The notes under the pieces are model-generated. The model ran no database searches. It worked only from the letters and a program-made list of their open reading frames with translations, and was not told where the DNA came from. Below, piece by piece: positions 56,522 to 64,000 of a stretch of DNA of 64,000 nt. The stretch is from a virus (taxonomy: Duplodnaviria; Caudoviricetes): IMG/VR virus record IMGVR_UViG_3300031908_000002, positions 2,337 to 66,336 of that record. The stretch is one strand, 5' to 3'. Numbering within the stretch: position 1 is the stretch's first letter; the number at the start of each line of letters is the position of its first letter. A program made the translations under genes and the position numbers.

Positions 56522-56957
56522 AGTAGTTAGGGCCAACGAAGTCTTTCCCGTTTGCGGGACGCTCGTTGGCTCTTTTGTTCCAGTAAGCCCAACCGCCTAC
56601 CCGCACCGCCGCGTACATCGCGTTGCGTTTCCAGGCCTGCACCCCGATAGCTTCCATTGCCTCAAGCAGCAGGTCATCCGCCTGCTTGCGGGTCAGATGC
56701 TGCGCGCAATACAGGAAGTCATGCAGCACCGCTGCCCTGCGGTGTGAGTCGTTCACATCGAGCAGGCCGCGCATGAACTTCGGGATCGACGCCAAGTCCG
56801 TGATGAAGCCACGCGGCACGGTGAGCTGCCCCAGCGAGCCTTCGTAGATCAGGGGTTGGAACACGACCCACTCACCCGGCACAGACCGAGCACCACGCAT
56901 GTACTCTTCGAGGATCAGCGGTGTCAGGAACTTGGGTACGAACTCAGGCATGCTCAT
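56508..56957 (-). CDS. DUF1353-family protein
   Basis: VPRGFITDLASIP, AAVLHDFLY, RKQAD..LLEAM, AVRVGG. Confidence 0.8.
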   Translation of the reverse strand: MSMPEFVPKFLTPLILEEYMRGARSVPGEWVVFQPLIYEGSLGQLTVPRGFITDLASIPKFMRGLLDVNDSHRRAAVLHDFLYCAQHLTRKQADDLLLEAMEAIGVQAWKRNAMYAAVRVGGWAYWNKRANERPANGKDFVGPNYFNVP

Positions 56958-57193
56958 GGCTTGTCCACCTTGTCTTCCAGCACTTTGCCGAGGGCGTCCT
57001 TCACTACGTCCTTGGTCGGGCGCTCATCCTTCACGATCAGGATCACGGCCAGCAGCAGCACGCCAGCCGAGGTCACCATCTCCACCGGAACCCCCAGCCA
57101 CGTAGCCAGAGAGCCGGCCAGCAGGGTGATGCCCTGCCAAGTCGACGGTTGCTTGAGGTACTGGATCAACACTGTCAGCAGTTCGCTGTTCAT
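56954..57193 (-). CDS. Putative holin
   Basis: 79 aa, two TM segments, KQPSTWQG motif, charged C-terminus. Confidence 0.6.
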   Translation of the reverse strand: MNSELLTVLIQYLKQPSTWQGITLLAGSLATWLGVPVEMVTSAGVLLLAVILIVKDERPTKDVVKDALGKVLEDKVDKP

Positions 57194-57525
57194 CGTCTCC
57201 CCCTCGGCTCCAGAGCCTTGTTCACCACTGCCTGCTGAAGCTGGAGGTCACGAATCTTGCTGTCCAGCTTCTCGATTTCCTGACGCAGACTGTCACGCGA
57301 GGCGTAGTCCTTCGCCAATGCTGCCAGCACCAGCGATTGCTCCACCTGCTTGTCTTTGATCGTCACCAGCTCAGCGCTGGTGGTTTTCATGTGCGCCTCG
57401 ATCAGCGGGGCTTGGGTGGCGATGTCCTTTACCGTTCCCAAGAAGCCCAGCAGGAGGGTGGCGGCGACGGTCGTGGAAACAGCCGTGATCGAGCTGATTA
57501 CGGTTCCCTTCGATTCCGTTGCCAT
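57190..57525 (-). CDS. Membrane-anchored coiled-coil protein (lysis-cassette-like)
   Basis: One N-terminal TM helix then coiled coil; directly upstream of putative holin. Confidence 0.55.
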   Translation of the reverse strand: MATESKGTVISSITAVSTTVAATLLLGFLGTVKDIATQAPLIEAHMKTTSAELVTIKDKQVEQSLVLAALAKDYASRDSLRQEIEKLDSKIRDLQLQQAVVNKALEPRGRR

Positions 57526-57567
57526 ATGTCCCCCTTGAGGTGTCGTCCACCTTCGTTATTCCGGGCT

Positions 57568-57576
57568 ATTATAGCA
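57568..57576 (-). promoter_or_regulatory. Extended -10 promoter TGcTATAAT
   Basis: Perfect TGnTATAAT on minus strand about 43 nt upstream of ATG 57525. Confidence 0.6.
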
Positions 57577-57619
57577 CTGGCGTACCGCCACCACCTTCGC
57601 AAAGTCCTTTGCGAAAACC

Positions 57620-58237
57620 TTACTTGTTGATCACCAGCGTGATGCCCAACTCGGCCAGCGTGGCGTCCTGCGTGGTCGTTGTGTAGACCTTCACGAAGTC
57701 GCCAGCCACCAAAGTGACAGCCGCACCGGACGGCGTAGCGCTCCAAGTGCCGACTTGAGAGCCTGCGTAGAAGGTCACGTTGCCGATGTTGGTCCCATTT
57801 TTGTTGATGTAGATGACGGTGTTCACCGTCGCTGCAACCTCTGCGAACGCCCGCGACCCGGCGAAGTTGGCAGGGATGGTCATCGACATTGGCGCGACAA
57901 AGCGACGAAGGGTGGTGCTCACGCCCGGACTCCCAGGCTTGCCCGCAATCGTCAGCTCGCAGAGGTGGGTGGCCGTGCCGCCTGCACCCTCGGAGAATGT
58001 CACAGTCGCTTCGCCCACGGCGGTCTCTGTGACAGTCACCACGGAACCCACGAACTTGATCGTGTGAAACAAGCCGAGGTCGGTGGTCTCATCCAGCAGG
58101 GTGATCTCCGGCGAGCCTCGGACCTGCGCCACTGTCGCGCTTCGGGATTGTGGTGTCTCATCACCGACCGAAACCAGTACGAGGTCGGTGTCTGCCAGCG
58201 TGCCAGCGGGCGTGAGCTGGCTCAGTTTCTTGGCCAT
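57620..58237 (-). CDS. Tail/fibre-associated protein
   Basis: KKLSQL...DTDLV N-terminus; shares domains with 61187..62776. Confidence 0.65.
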   Translation of the reverse strand: MAKKLSQLTPAGTLADTDLVLVSVGDETPQSRSATVAQVRGSPEITLLDETTDLGLFHTIKFVGSVVTVTETAVGEATVTFSEGAGGTATHLCELTIAGKPGSPGVSTTLRRFVAPMSMTIPANFAGSRAFAEVAATVNTVIYINKNGTNIGNVTFYAGSQVGTWSATPSGAAVTLVAGDFVKVYTTTTQDATLAELGITLVINK

Positions 58238-58245
58238 GGGTTACC

Positions 58246-59016
58246 TCAGAAAGTCGGGTCGATGATCAGGTTGGTGATCCAAGTATGGCTCTCAAGCGGA
58301 CTCCATGTCGTGCCCGGTGGCCGTGACCACTGCCACTTCAGTTCGTAGGTGCCAGCGGGCACGACGAAAGAGTAGCTGCCCGTGGCAAGGGCCATGTCAC
58401 TGCCACCCACCTCCAGTGGATACCACACCATCTGCTCCACGTCGTCGATGAGGAATCGCAGGAGGTCGCTGCTATCTGGGTCATTGGTGCCGAACCAGCG
58501 CCCGTGAATGCCCCAGTCAAAGGTGACTTGAGTGTTCCCGGTAGCCACGAGGGTCAGGGTGGCGTCCTCCAGCGCGCCTGCCAGCGACGGCAACGGACTG
58601 CGCAGCACACCATCCGTTTTGCGGTTGGTCAGGTAATAGCGCCCAAGCACCCACGTCCCTGCGGTCGGGGTGCTGGTCTGGAACAGCTCGATGGTTGGGG
58701 TGCCGCTGTCCAGCGAGCCGGTTTCCTCGATCAGGGTGAAGCCCTCTTCCATCAGCAGGACGTCACCCGTCTCCCGCGCAATCGTGGTCGAGGTCACAGG
58801 CGGCACGGACTGATCCAACCACACGTAGACCGGGACGAGTGCCGGTGGGTCAGGGTCAGGGTCGCCGCCACCGCCACCGAAAGGGGTGGGGAAAAACGGC
58901 AGGCCACCATAGGTGGCGTCCGTGCTCACTCCAGCCTTCGCCGTGACGGTGAAGAACGGCTCACCGCCGTAGGTCCAGTCCAGCGTCAGCAGTTGATCTC
59001 TGGTTGGCAGTGTCAT
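58246..59016 (-). CDS. Virion structural protein (tail)
   Basis: Duplicated TYGG.PFF motif, Gly/Pro linker; in tail operon. Confidence 0.6.
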   Translation of the reverse strand: MTLPTRDQLLTLDWTYGGEPFFTVTAKAGVSTDATYGGLPFFPTPFGGGGGDPDPDPPALVPVYVWLDQSVPPVTSTTIARETGDVLLMEEGFTLIEETGSLDSGTPTIELFQTSTPTAGTWVLGRYYLTNRKTDGVLRSPLPSLAGALEDATLTLVATGNTQVTFDWGIHGRWFGTNDPDSSDLLRFLIDDVEQMVWYPLEVGGSDMALATGSYSFVVPAGTYELKWQWSRPPGTTWSPLESHTWITNLIIDPTF

Positions 59017-59017
59017 A

Positions 59018-61183
59018 TCAGGTCGCCTGTGTCACTTCGAGGTCATCGTAGTAGACCGAGTAGATTTCCGGCGGGGTCAGTTCGGCTGGGCCGTAGCTGC
59101 CGTACTGGGCGTAGACGTAGGCGTACACCGGCACCACACCAGTCTCCCCCGGCGTGAAGTTCAGCGTCACCTGCTGCCACGAGCCCACGGTCGCCATGTT
59201 GGCAGCCACCTGAATCAGCGGAATCTCCATGGTGGCGTCCGGCAGCACCATGATGCCCCACACCGCCGCCGGGTCGTCCATCGGGTCATCGTACTGTTTG
59301 AAGACGTCGTACTCGACGTACATCCAGCAGGTGACGGTCACCTCCTTGTCGGCCTCACATGCCACGTGGCCCAGCAGGTGGCCCGGAGCCCCGGCGGGGC
59401 GGTCGTTGTGGAAGTATTCCCACTTGGCCGTTTGCAGGCGCCACGACAGCCCGCTGGCCGTGTGGCGGATCGCCGTGCTGCTCTCGAAAATCTCGTTGCC
59501 GTTCACAATGGTCCGGTTCTTCGTTGGGTCACCGCCGATCCGGGTCTGCCGTACCAAGGAAGGGTAGTTATCAATCGCGTAGAACAGGGACGAGCCGTCG
59601 TAGTCAGCATCCAGCATCAGTTCGGCCATGTTGTCGAAGTGCAGACAGAAGGGCCGAGCGTCGGCTTGGAGCGATACCGCGAAGTCGGTGTCGTTGTTCT
59701 GAATGACCGTGCCCACCAACTTGAGGTCGTTGAAGGTCCCATCCAGCAGGATGGCAGCCTTGTTGCCGTCGATCTTGCCGATAGCGTAGGTGGTCGGGTT
59801 GGCCTGGAAAGAGACGCCCGGAGTCCATGCCGCCAAGCTGTTGTCGGAACGCGGGTAACCGTGGATACGCCCGATGGTGAACTTGCCGGGGCGGTTCGGT
59901 GTGGTCAGCGGGTTCAGGCTGGCCCACACCTGCTTGCAGCGGAAGTCGAAGTACCCTGCATACCGCTTCGAGTTGCTGCCACCTGTCGGCAGGTAGGAGA
60001 CGGGCGTGAGACACGCGATGATGCCAAGGAAGTCGTAGACCGAGGTGGTCGCCAGCTTGCCCTGCCCGACAGATAGCGACACACCCGCCGTGGTGAAGTT
60101 GGTGAAGCCGATGTTCAGGATGTTGACGTCCGAACGGTTGGTCGTGTCCGGCCCAATCCCCGCGAGCATCGTCATACCGCAAAGCCACGTCTCACCGGTC
60201 TTGGTGCTCATGTCGGTGCGGTTGTAGCCGCCCTCGATGGTGATCTTGTTCCGCACGTACTGGTACTCCGTGCTGGACCACGCGGCCACGATCTTCAGGG
60301 GGTTGCGGATGTAGGTCGTCACCGACTCGGTAGTCCCGCGATAGTCGCGGTCGGTCAAGGTGAAACCGGACACCACCCTGTACATGTTGCCCGTAACCTT
60401 CACGCCGGTCTCAGACAGGTCGGTGATCGGGTACCACTCCGTCTCGCCGCCTGCGTTCTTCCCGATCAGGGAATACAGGTCGATCAGGTCGGAAGCGCCG
60501 GGGGCCTTGCAGAGGGTGAACCCGTCGAAGCCGAGGGTGACCGTGCCGGGGTCCGCCGTCATGTAGATGGCGATGGAGTTGATCGAGGTTCCCGGCAGGG
60601 CCGAACCGTAGTCCAGATGCACAGGGGTCCACGTTTGCGTAGTGGTGGAGTCCGACTGGTTGAAGTCGGTCAGCCACGTCAGTGTCTTCGTGATCTCGGC
60701 CACGATGGTGTTGCCGGTGGTGTCCGAGCACAGGCAAATCTTGAAACTGACGTTCGACGAGTTGTACGACTGGAAGTAGAAGGCAATCTGCTGGAACGCC
60801 GAGACGGTCAGGGCCGATGGCAGCGTCTTGTACGCCGCCTTGCCGGTGGTGAACCCGCTGGCGATGGCCAACTGCAAATAGCTGGAGCCGGTCTTGCCCT
60901 TGCTCCCGGTCGGGTGGGTAACCGTGACGTTGGTTGCCGCTGTCCAGCCGGATTCGCAACCGTCAATTTTCAGGTTGGAGGTGTTGGTCCACGTGATGTC
61001 TTTCGTCCAGTCAGTCCACGACGCGCTGCCGACGCTGAACGGGTCAGGGCTGGCGATCATCCTGATGGTGTCGAGTTCGGCGGCGGCGGTCGTCACCGAG
61101 GTGATGGTGCGCTTACGGTTGGCGAACGACAGACCGTCGTTCGCATCGTTCCCTGCAACCGGGTCCACGTAAAGGATCGTCAT
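59018..61183 (-). CDS. Large tail/receptor-binding protein (721 aa)
   Basis: YVDPVAGNDANDG N-terminus typical of beta-helix/tailspike-like proteins; beta-sandwich regions. Confidence 0.6.
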   Translation of the reverse strand: MTILYVDPVAGNDANDGLSFANRKRTITSVTTAAAELDTIRMIASPDPFSVGSASWTDWTKDITWTNTSNLKIDGCESGWTAATNVTVTHPTGSKGKTGSSYLQLAIASGFTTGKAAYKTLPSALTVSAFQQIAFYFQSYNSSNVSFKICLCSDTTGNTIVAEITKTLTWLTDFNQSDSTTTQTWTPVHLDYGSALPGTSINSIAIYMTADPGTVTLGFDGFTLCKAPGASDLIDLYSLIGKNAGGETEWYPITDLSETGVKVTGNMYRVVSGFTLTDRDYRGTTESVTTYIRNPLKIVAAWSSTEYQYVRNKITIEGGYNRTDMSTKTGETWLCGMTMLAGIGPDTTNRSDVNILNIGFTNFTTAGVSLSVGQGKLATTSVYDFLGIIACLTPVSYLPTGGSNSKRYAGYFDFRCKQVWASLNPLTTPNRPGKFTIGRIHGYPRSDNSLAAWTPGVSFQANPTTYAIGKIDGNKAAILLDGTFNDLKLVGTVIQNNDTDFAVSLQADARPFCLHFDNMAELMLDADYDGSSLFYAIDNYPSLVRQTRIGGDPTKNRTIVNGNEIFESSTAIRHTASGLSWRLQTAKWEYFHNDRPAGAPGHLLGHVACEADKEVTVTCWMYVEYDVFKQYDDPMDDPAAVWGIMVLPDATMEIPLIQVAANMATVGSWQQVTLNFTPGETGVVPVYAYVYAQYGSYGPAELTPPEIYSVYYDDLEVTQAT

Positions 61184-61186
61184 GGG

Positions 61187-62776
61187 TTAGGCCCTCACAC
61201 CGGCCATCGTGATGGAGACACCCAACAGGGTAGCGTCCTGCGGGCTTGGTGCGGTGATCTCAAGGATGTCACCGGCAACGAAACTCACGGTCGCGCCGCC
61301 CGAGGTGGCAAAGGTACCGGTGGTGCCCGAGGCCGCGAAGGTCAGGGTGCCGACTTGGGTGCCGTTTTTCTTGATCAGGAACACGGCAGAGGCCGTAGCC
61401 GCCGCCACCGCATCGGCGTCCGACAGGGAGAAGTTCGCCGCGAAGTCCACAGCCTTGGTGAAGGTGTGGCGGTACGCAACCGCGCCGCTTGGGCGCTTGT
61501 CGGCAATGTAGGTCGAGAGGTCGTAGTCCACCGCGCCGCCTGTAGCACCTGGGATCGTCACGAGGATGTGACCGGCAGAAGGCTGGGTCACGGTGACGCC
61601 ATCGCCTGCGAAGTCGATCACGACGACCGCCGAGTCCACCGCCGTGCCTTCGTCCTTCACTTGCAGCGGGGAGCCACCAGTGATCGCCACCTTCACCTGA
61701 CCGGCAGAGGTCTGGGTCACGGTGACGCTGGAGCCCTCGAAGTTGATCCCTGCCACCGCGCTGTCAACCGCCGAGCCTTCCTCCTTGACCACGAGGGTGG
61801 AGGTCAGCACCGAGGCAGGGGTCACCAACTCGGTGCCGGTTTCGTCCTCCCGCACGCGCAGCAGTTTGAGGCCTTGGCCAGTGTAGGAGTCCGGGGTGTC
61901 ATTCAGCTTGAGCAGGCTGTTGATCGGGACGTTCCCGCCTTGGCGGAAAATGTGAACCACGTTGGTGCTGTCGCAGTACAGGACGGCGCTCTCGCCGGCC
62001 ACCAACGCGATGCCAGTCCCTGCCGCCGTTTTCACCGTGACCGTGAACGAACCGGTGAACTCGTTGACGATCAGGTACACCTTGTCCTTGTTCGGCACGG
62101 TGATGGTCCGGTTGGCGGTCGGCACACCGGTAATCCGCAGGCCGATGGCTTCCATCGCTTGTGCGGCGGTTGGGGTGAAGTTGCCCGAGGTCATGTCTGC
62201 CGACAGCAAGTCGCTGAAGGCTTTCTCCGTGGCGATCAGGCGCAGAGCCGGGGTCGCGTAGGTGATCCCCGAGTAGGTGCTGGCGTTCATCGCGCTGATG
62301 TCTGGCGCGGTCGGGGTGATGGTCGCGAGCTGAGTGATGGTGCTGAAGGTCGACCCAGCCCACACCACGCTATAGATCGCGCCGGAGGTGATGGTGTCGG
62401 CATACGGGGTGTCGGTCCCGTCGAACCGGATGTAGTAGGTCCCCGCCGCCTTGCCCACAAACGGGATCACCGTGCTGGTGTTCTTGGCGTGCATCAGGCC
62501 CATGGTCCCGTCCCAGCAGAAGCCGCCGGTCAGGGTGAGGTCCGTGCCGCTGGTGCTGTCAGAGAACGCATCGGAACCCACGAACACCATGCCGGTGGAA
62601 CCGTAGGTGGCCGAGCCAATGTTGGCCGCGTTCGCCGCGCCGCTGCTTGCGCCAGACACAGTGGACAGCGTGGACTCAACGCTCCCCAGAAAGGACAGCA
62701 GGGCGGCGACGTTGGCGTTGTGCTTGCTGATGTAGTTCGTGTCGCCAATGGCGAACTCTTGCAGTGTAATTGGCAT
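61187..62776 (-). CDS. Tail fibre-like protein (529 aa)
   Basis: Thr/Ala/Gly-rich; tandem VK.EG.AVDSAV..I.F.G..VTVTQ.SAG units. Confidence 0.65.
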   Translation of the reverse strand: MPITLQEFAIGDTNYISKHNANVAALLSFLGSVESTLSTVSGASSGAANAANIGSATYGSTGMVFVGSDAFSDSTSGTDLTLTGGFCWDGTMGLMHAKNTSTVIPFVGKAAGTYYIRFDGTDTPYADTITSGAIYSVVWAGSTFSTITQLATITPTAPDISAMNASTYSGITYATPALRLIATEKAFSDLLSADMTSGNFTPTAAQAMEAIGLRITGVPTANRTITVPNKDKVYLIVNEFTGSFTVTVKTAAGTGIALVAGESAVLYCDSTNVVHIFRQGGNVPINSLLKLNDTPDSYTGQGLKLLRVREDETGTELVTPASVLTSTLVVKEEGSAVDSAVAGINFEGSSVTVTQTSAGQVKVAITGGSPLQVKDEGTAVDSAVVVIDFAGDGVTVTQPSAGHILVTIPGATGGAVDYDLSTYIADKRPSGAVAYRHTFTKAVDFAANFSLSDADAVAAATASAVFLIKKNGTQVGTLTFAASGTTGTFATSGGATVSFVAGDILEITAPSPQDATLLGVSITMAGVRA

Positions 62777-62779
62777 GTG

Positions 62780-63292
62780 TTACCTCAACTCAAGAAGGGT
62801 GTCGCCACTGAAGATGGCCGTGGTTCCGTAGGGCACGGTGCCGTAGCCCCCGTAAGTCGCCAGCTCCCCGTAACTGATGGCTCTGGCGGACAGCCCGATG
62901 TTGACCGGGGTGGCAATAGTATAGGGAACCGGGTCGAAACCGGGTTCAGGGATACCGACGCCCACCCGTGTATATGTCCCTACCCGCCGCTTCGAGAAGC
63001 CTACCACCTCCCACCTGCCAGAGTCCGAGCGCCGCAGGCGAACCGCCGAGCCGATGTCGGTGTAGATCAGGTCCTTGTTCGCCGCCGCGATGGGCACGTT
63101 GCGCAGGGGAGTGACCACTTCGTCGCCCGTGTTGTTGTCGATGGCCTTCACGCCAACGTCCACGTCCACGCCGTAGGTCAGACCCATGCCGTCCGTGATC
63201 AGCAGAGTAGGACGGGTCAGGGTCGTGCCGTCGATCTCGCGGGTGGCTTGGTCGATCTCCGCCCGCATCAGGTAAGTCAGGTAGCCACTCAT
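62780..63292 (-). CDS. Tail/baseplate structural protein (170 aa)
   Basis: In tail operon, OB-like beta pattern. Confidence 0.55.
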   Translation of the reverse strand: MSGYLTYLMRAEIDQATREIDGTTLTRPTLLITDGMGLTYGVDVDVGVKAIDNNTGDEVVTPLRNVPIAAANKDLIYTDIGSAVRLRRSDSGRWEVVGFSKRRVGTYTRVGVGIPEPGFDPVPYTIATPVNIGLSARAISYGELATYGGYGTVPYGTTAIFSGDTLLELR

Positions 63293-63999
63293 ACACGGAA
63301 CCCCTTCACAGAAAGCACGGCAGGCGCACCGTGCGACAGGTCGCGGGAGTAATCGACCACGTAGAGCCTGGAACCGTCCGGCAGGCGCAGGATGTCACCC
63401 TTCTCGATCAACGGGTTGTCGACAATATCCACGTTCCAACTGTGCGCCGACATGCTGCGATATAGCAGCTCACGGACGGCCATCGCCTGCGCATGGGCTT
63501 CGTTCATGATGAAGTCGGACGAGATGGTTTCCTCCAGCCGCACCCACGCCGGGGCGTTCAGGTCGTAGGCCTCGGTGGTGTTGGTCTCATGCACGTAGTC
63601 GTAAGGGTCGCCCCAGATTTCATAGTTGCCGGTGCCCAGCGACATGATGATCAGGAAGTAGGCCACCTGACCCGCCGCCTCGATCCGCCGGCCAATCGGG
63701 ATGGTCACACCACCGCCGAGGGAGGCCACGCCGTCCGGCAGGGCTGCCGACAGGAGCATGATGGACATGCTGACGGTGGCCAAGGTAGGCACCCACATCA
63801 GGGTGGTGACGGTGATCTTGCCGGAGAACTCGTCCGTCTGGCTGTAGTCCTCATCGCCTACCGGCAGCAAGCCGTCGTTCACGGAGGCCAGCACCTTCAT
63901 GAAGGTGTTCTCGGCACGCTGGCGCCGGTCCTCCGACCAGTAGACGCGCCGCGTCTGCTTGAGCTTGAAGAAGCCCGCAGTGATCGACTCCTTCGCCAC
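63289..63999 (-). CDS. C-terminal part of tail tip/baseplate-hub-like protein (gene probably begins right of window)
   Basis: Open to window edge; NPLIEKGDI...YVVDYSR pattern of hub proteins. Confidence 0.55.
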   Translation of the reverse strand: MAKESITAGFFKLKQTRRVYWSEDRRQRAENTFMKVLASVNDGLLPVGDEDYSQTDEFSGKITVTTLMWVPTLATVSMSIMLLSAALPDGVASLGGGVTIPIGRRIEAAGQVAYFLIIMSLGTGNYEIWGDPYDYVHETNTTEAYDLNAPAWVRLEETISSDFIMNEAHAQAMAVRELLYRSMSAHSWNVDIVDNPLIEKGDILRLPDGSRLYVVDYSRDLSHGAPAVLSVKGFRV

Positions 64000-64000
64000 C

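Larger units (their letters stand above)
542..57615. repeat. Dispersed palindrome family CGCAAAG-N(1-3)-CTTTGCG, 29 copies
   Basis: Copies start at about 542, 7659 (variant), 9937, 11338, 11407, 11625, 12729, 13150, 13858, 14584, 15430, 16987, 18772, 20840, 21232, 23627, 24623, 25897, 27342, 29126, 30612 (variant), 33345, 36202, 37315, 41444, 44886 (variant), 47266, 51487, 57596; read directly by eye. Confidence 0.95.

Noticed and set aside
60617-63352. 911-aa plus-strand ORF
   Set aside because: Shadow of the minus-strand tail genes, which have coherent motifs and coupling
1-64000. tRNA, rRNA, integrase, transposase or IS elements
   Set aside because: None recognised by eye; tRNAscan-SE/ARAGORN would be needed to exclude tRNAs formally

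Overview
64 kb of a tailed dsDNA phage genome (Caudoviricetes, siphovirus-like tail genes). I saw no integrase, repressor cassette, tRNA or CRISPR array. A Pseudomonas-like host is inferred from the high GC, a CsrA/RsmA homolog and a PL7 alginate lyase. Layout: (1) leftward unit 9431->809 with csrA, alginate lyase, endolysin and two fibre genes, converging on a thermonuclease; (2) largely non-coding, repeat-rich control regions at about 9.45-9.95 kb and 11.25-12.8 kb; (3) rightward block of small early/accessory genes 9982-40465; (4) replication/recombination genes 40567-56521 (primase-helicase, SNF2 helicase, SSB-like, PolA, Dda-like helicase, RecU-like resolvase, SbcD/SbcC, TraR/DksA-like); (5) leftward tail and holin genes 64000->56508. 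Most striking observations: a dispersed palindrome CGCAAAG-N(1-3)-CTTTGCG in 29 copies, 11 of them inside coding sequences in different reading frames and several with covarying outer stems; a fixed-distance CCTTCA-SD leader cassette on early genes; a 16-mer repeat array whose minus strand looks like a GGA-loop Csr/Rsm sponge RNA in a phage with its own CsrA; and several domain-truncated mimics of host defence/regulatory proteins (HigA-like and MqsA-like N-termini without HTH, two BrxR/CapW-like wHTH proteins without WYL sensor, an armless HU). All family assignments come from motif recognition by eye, not database searches.
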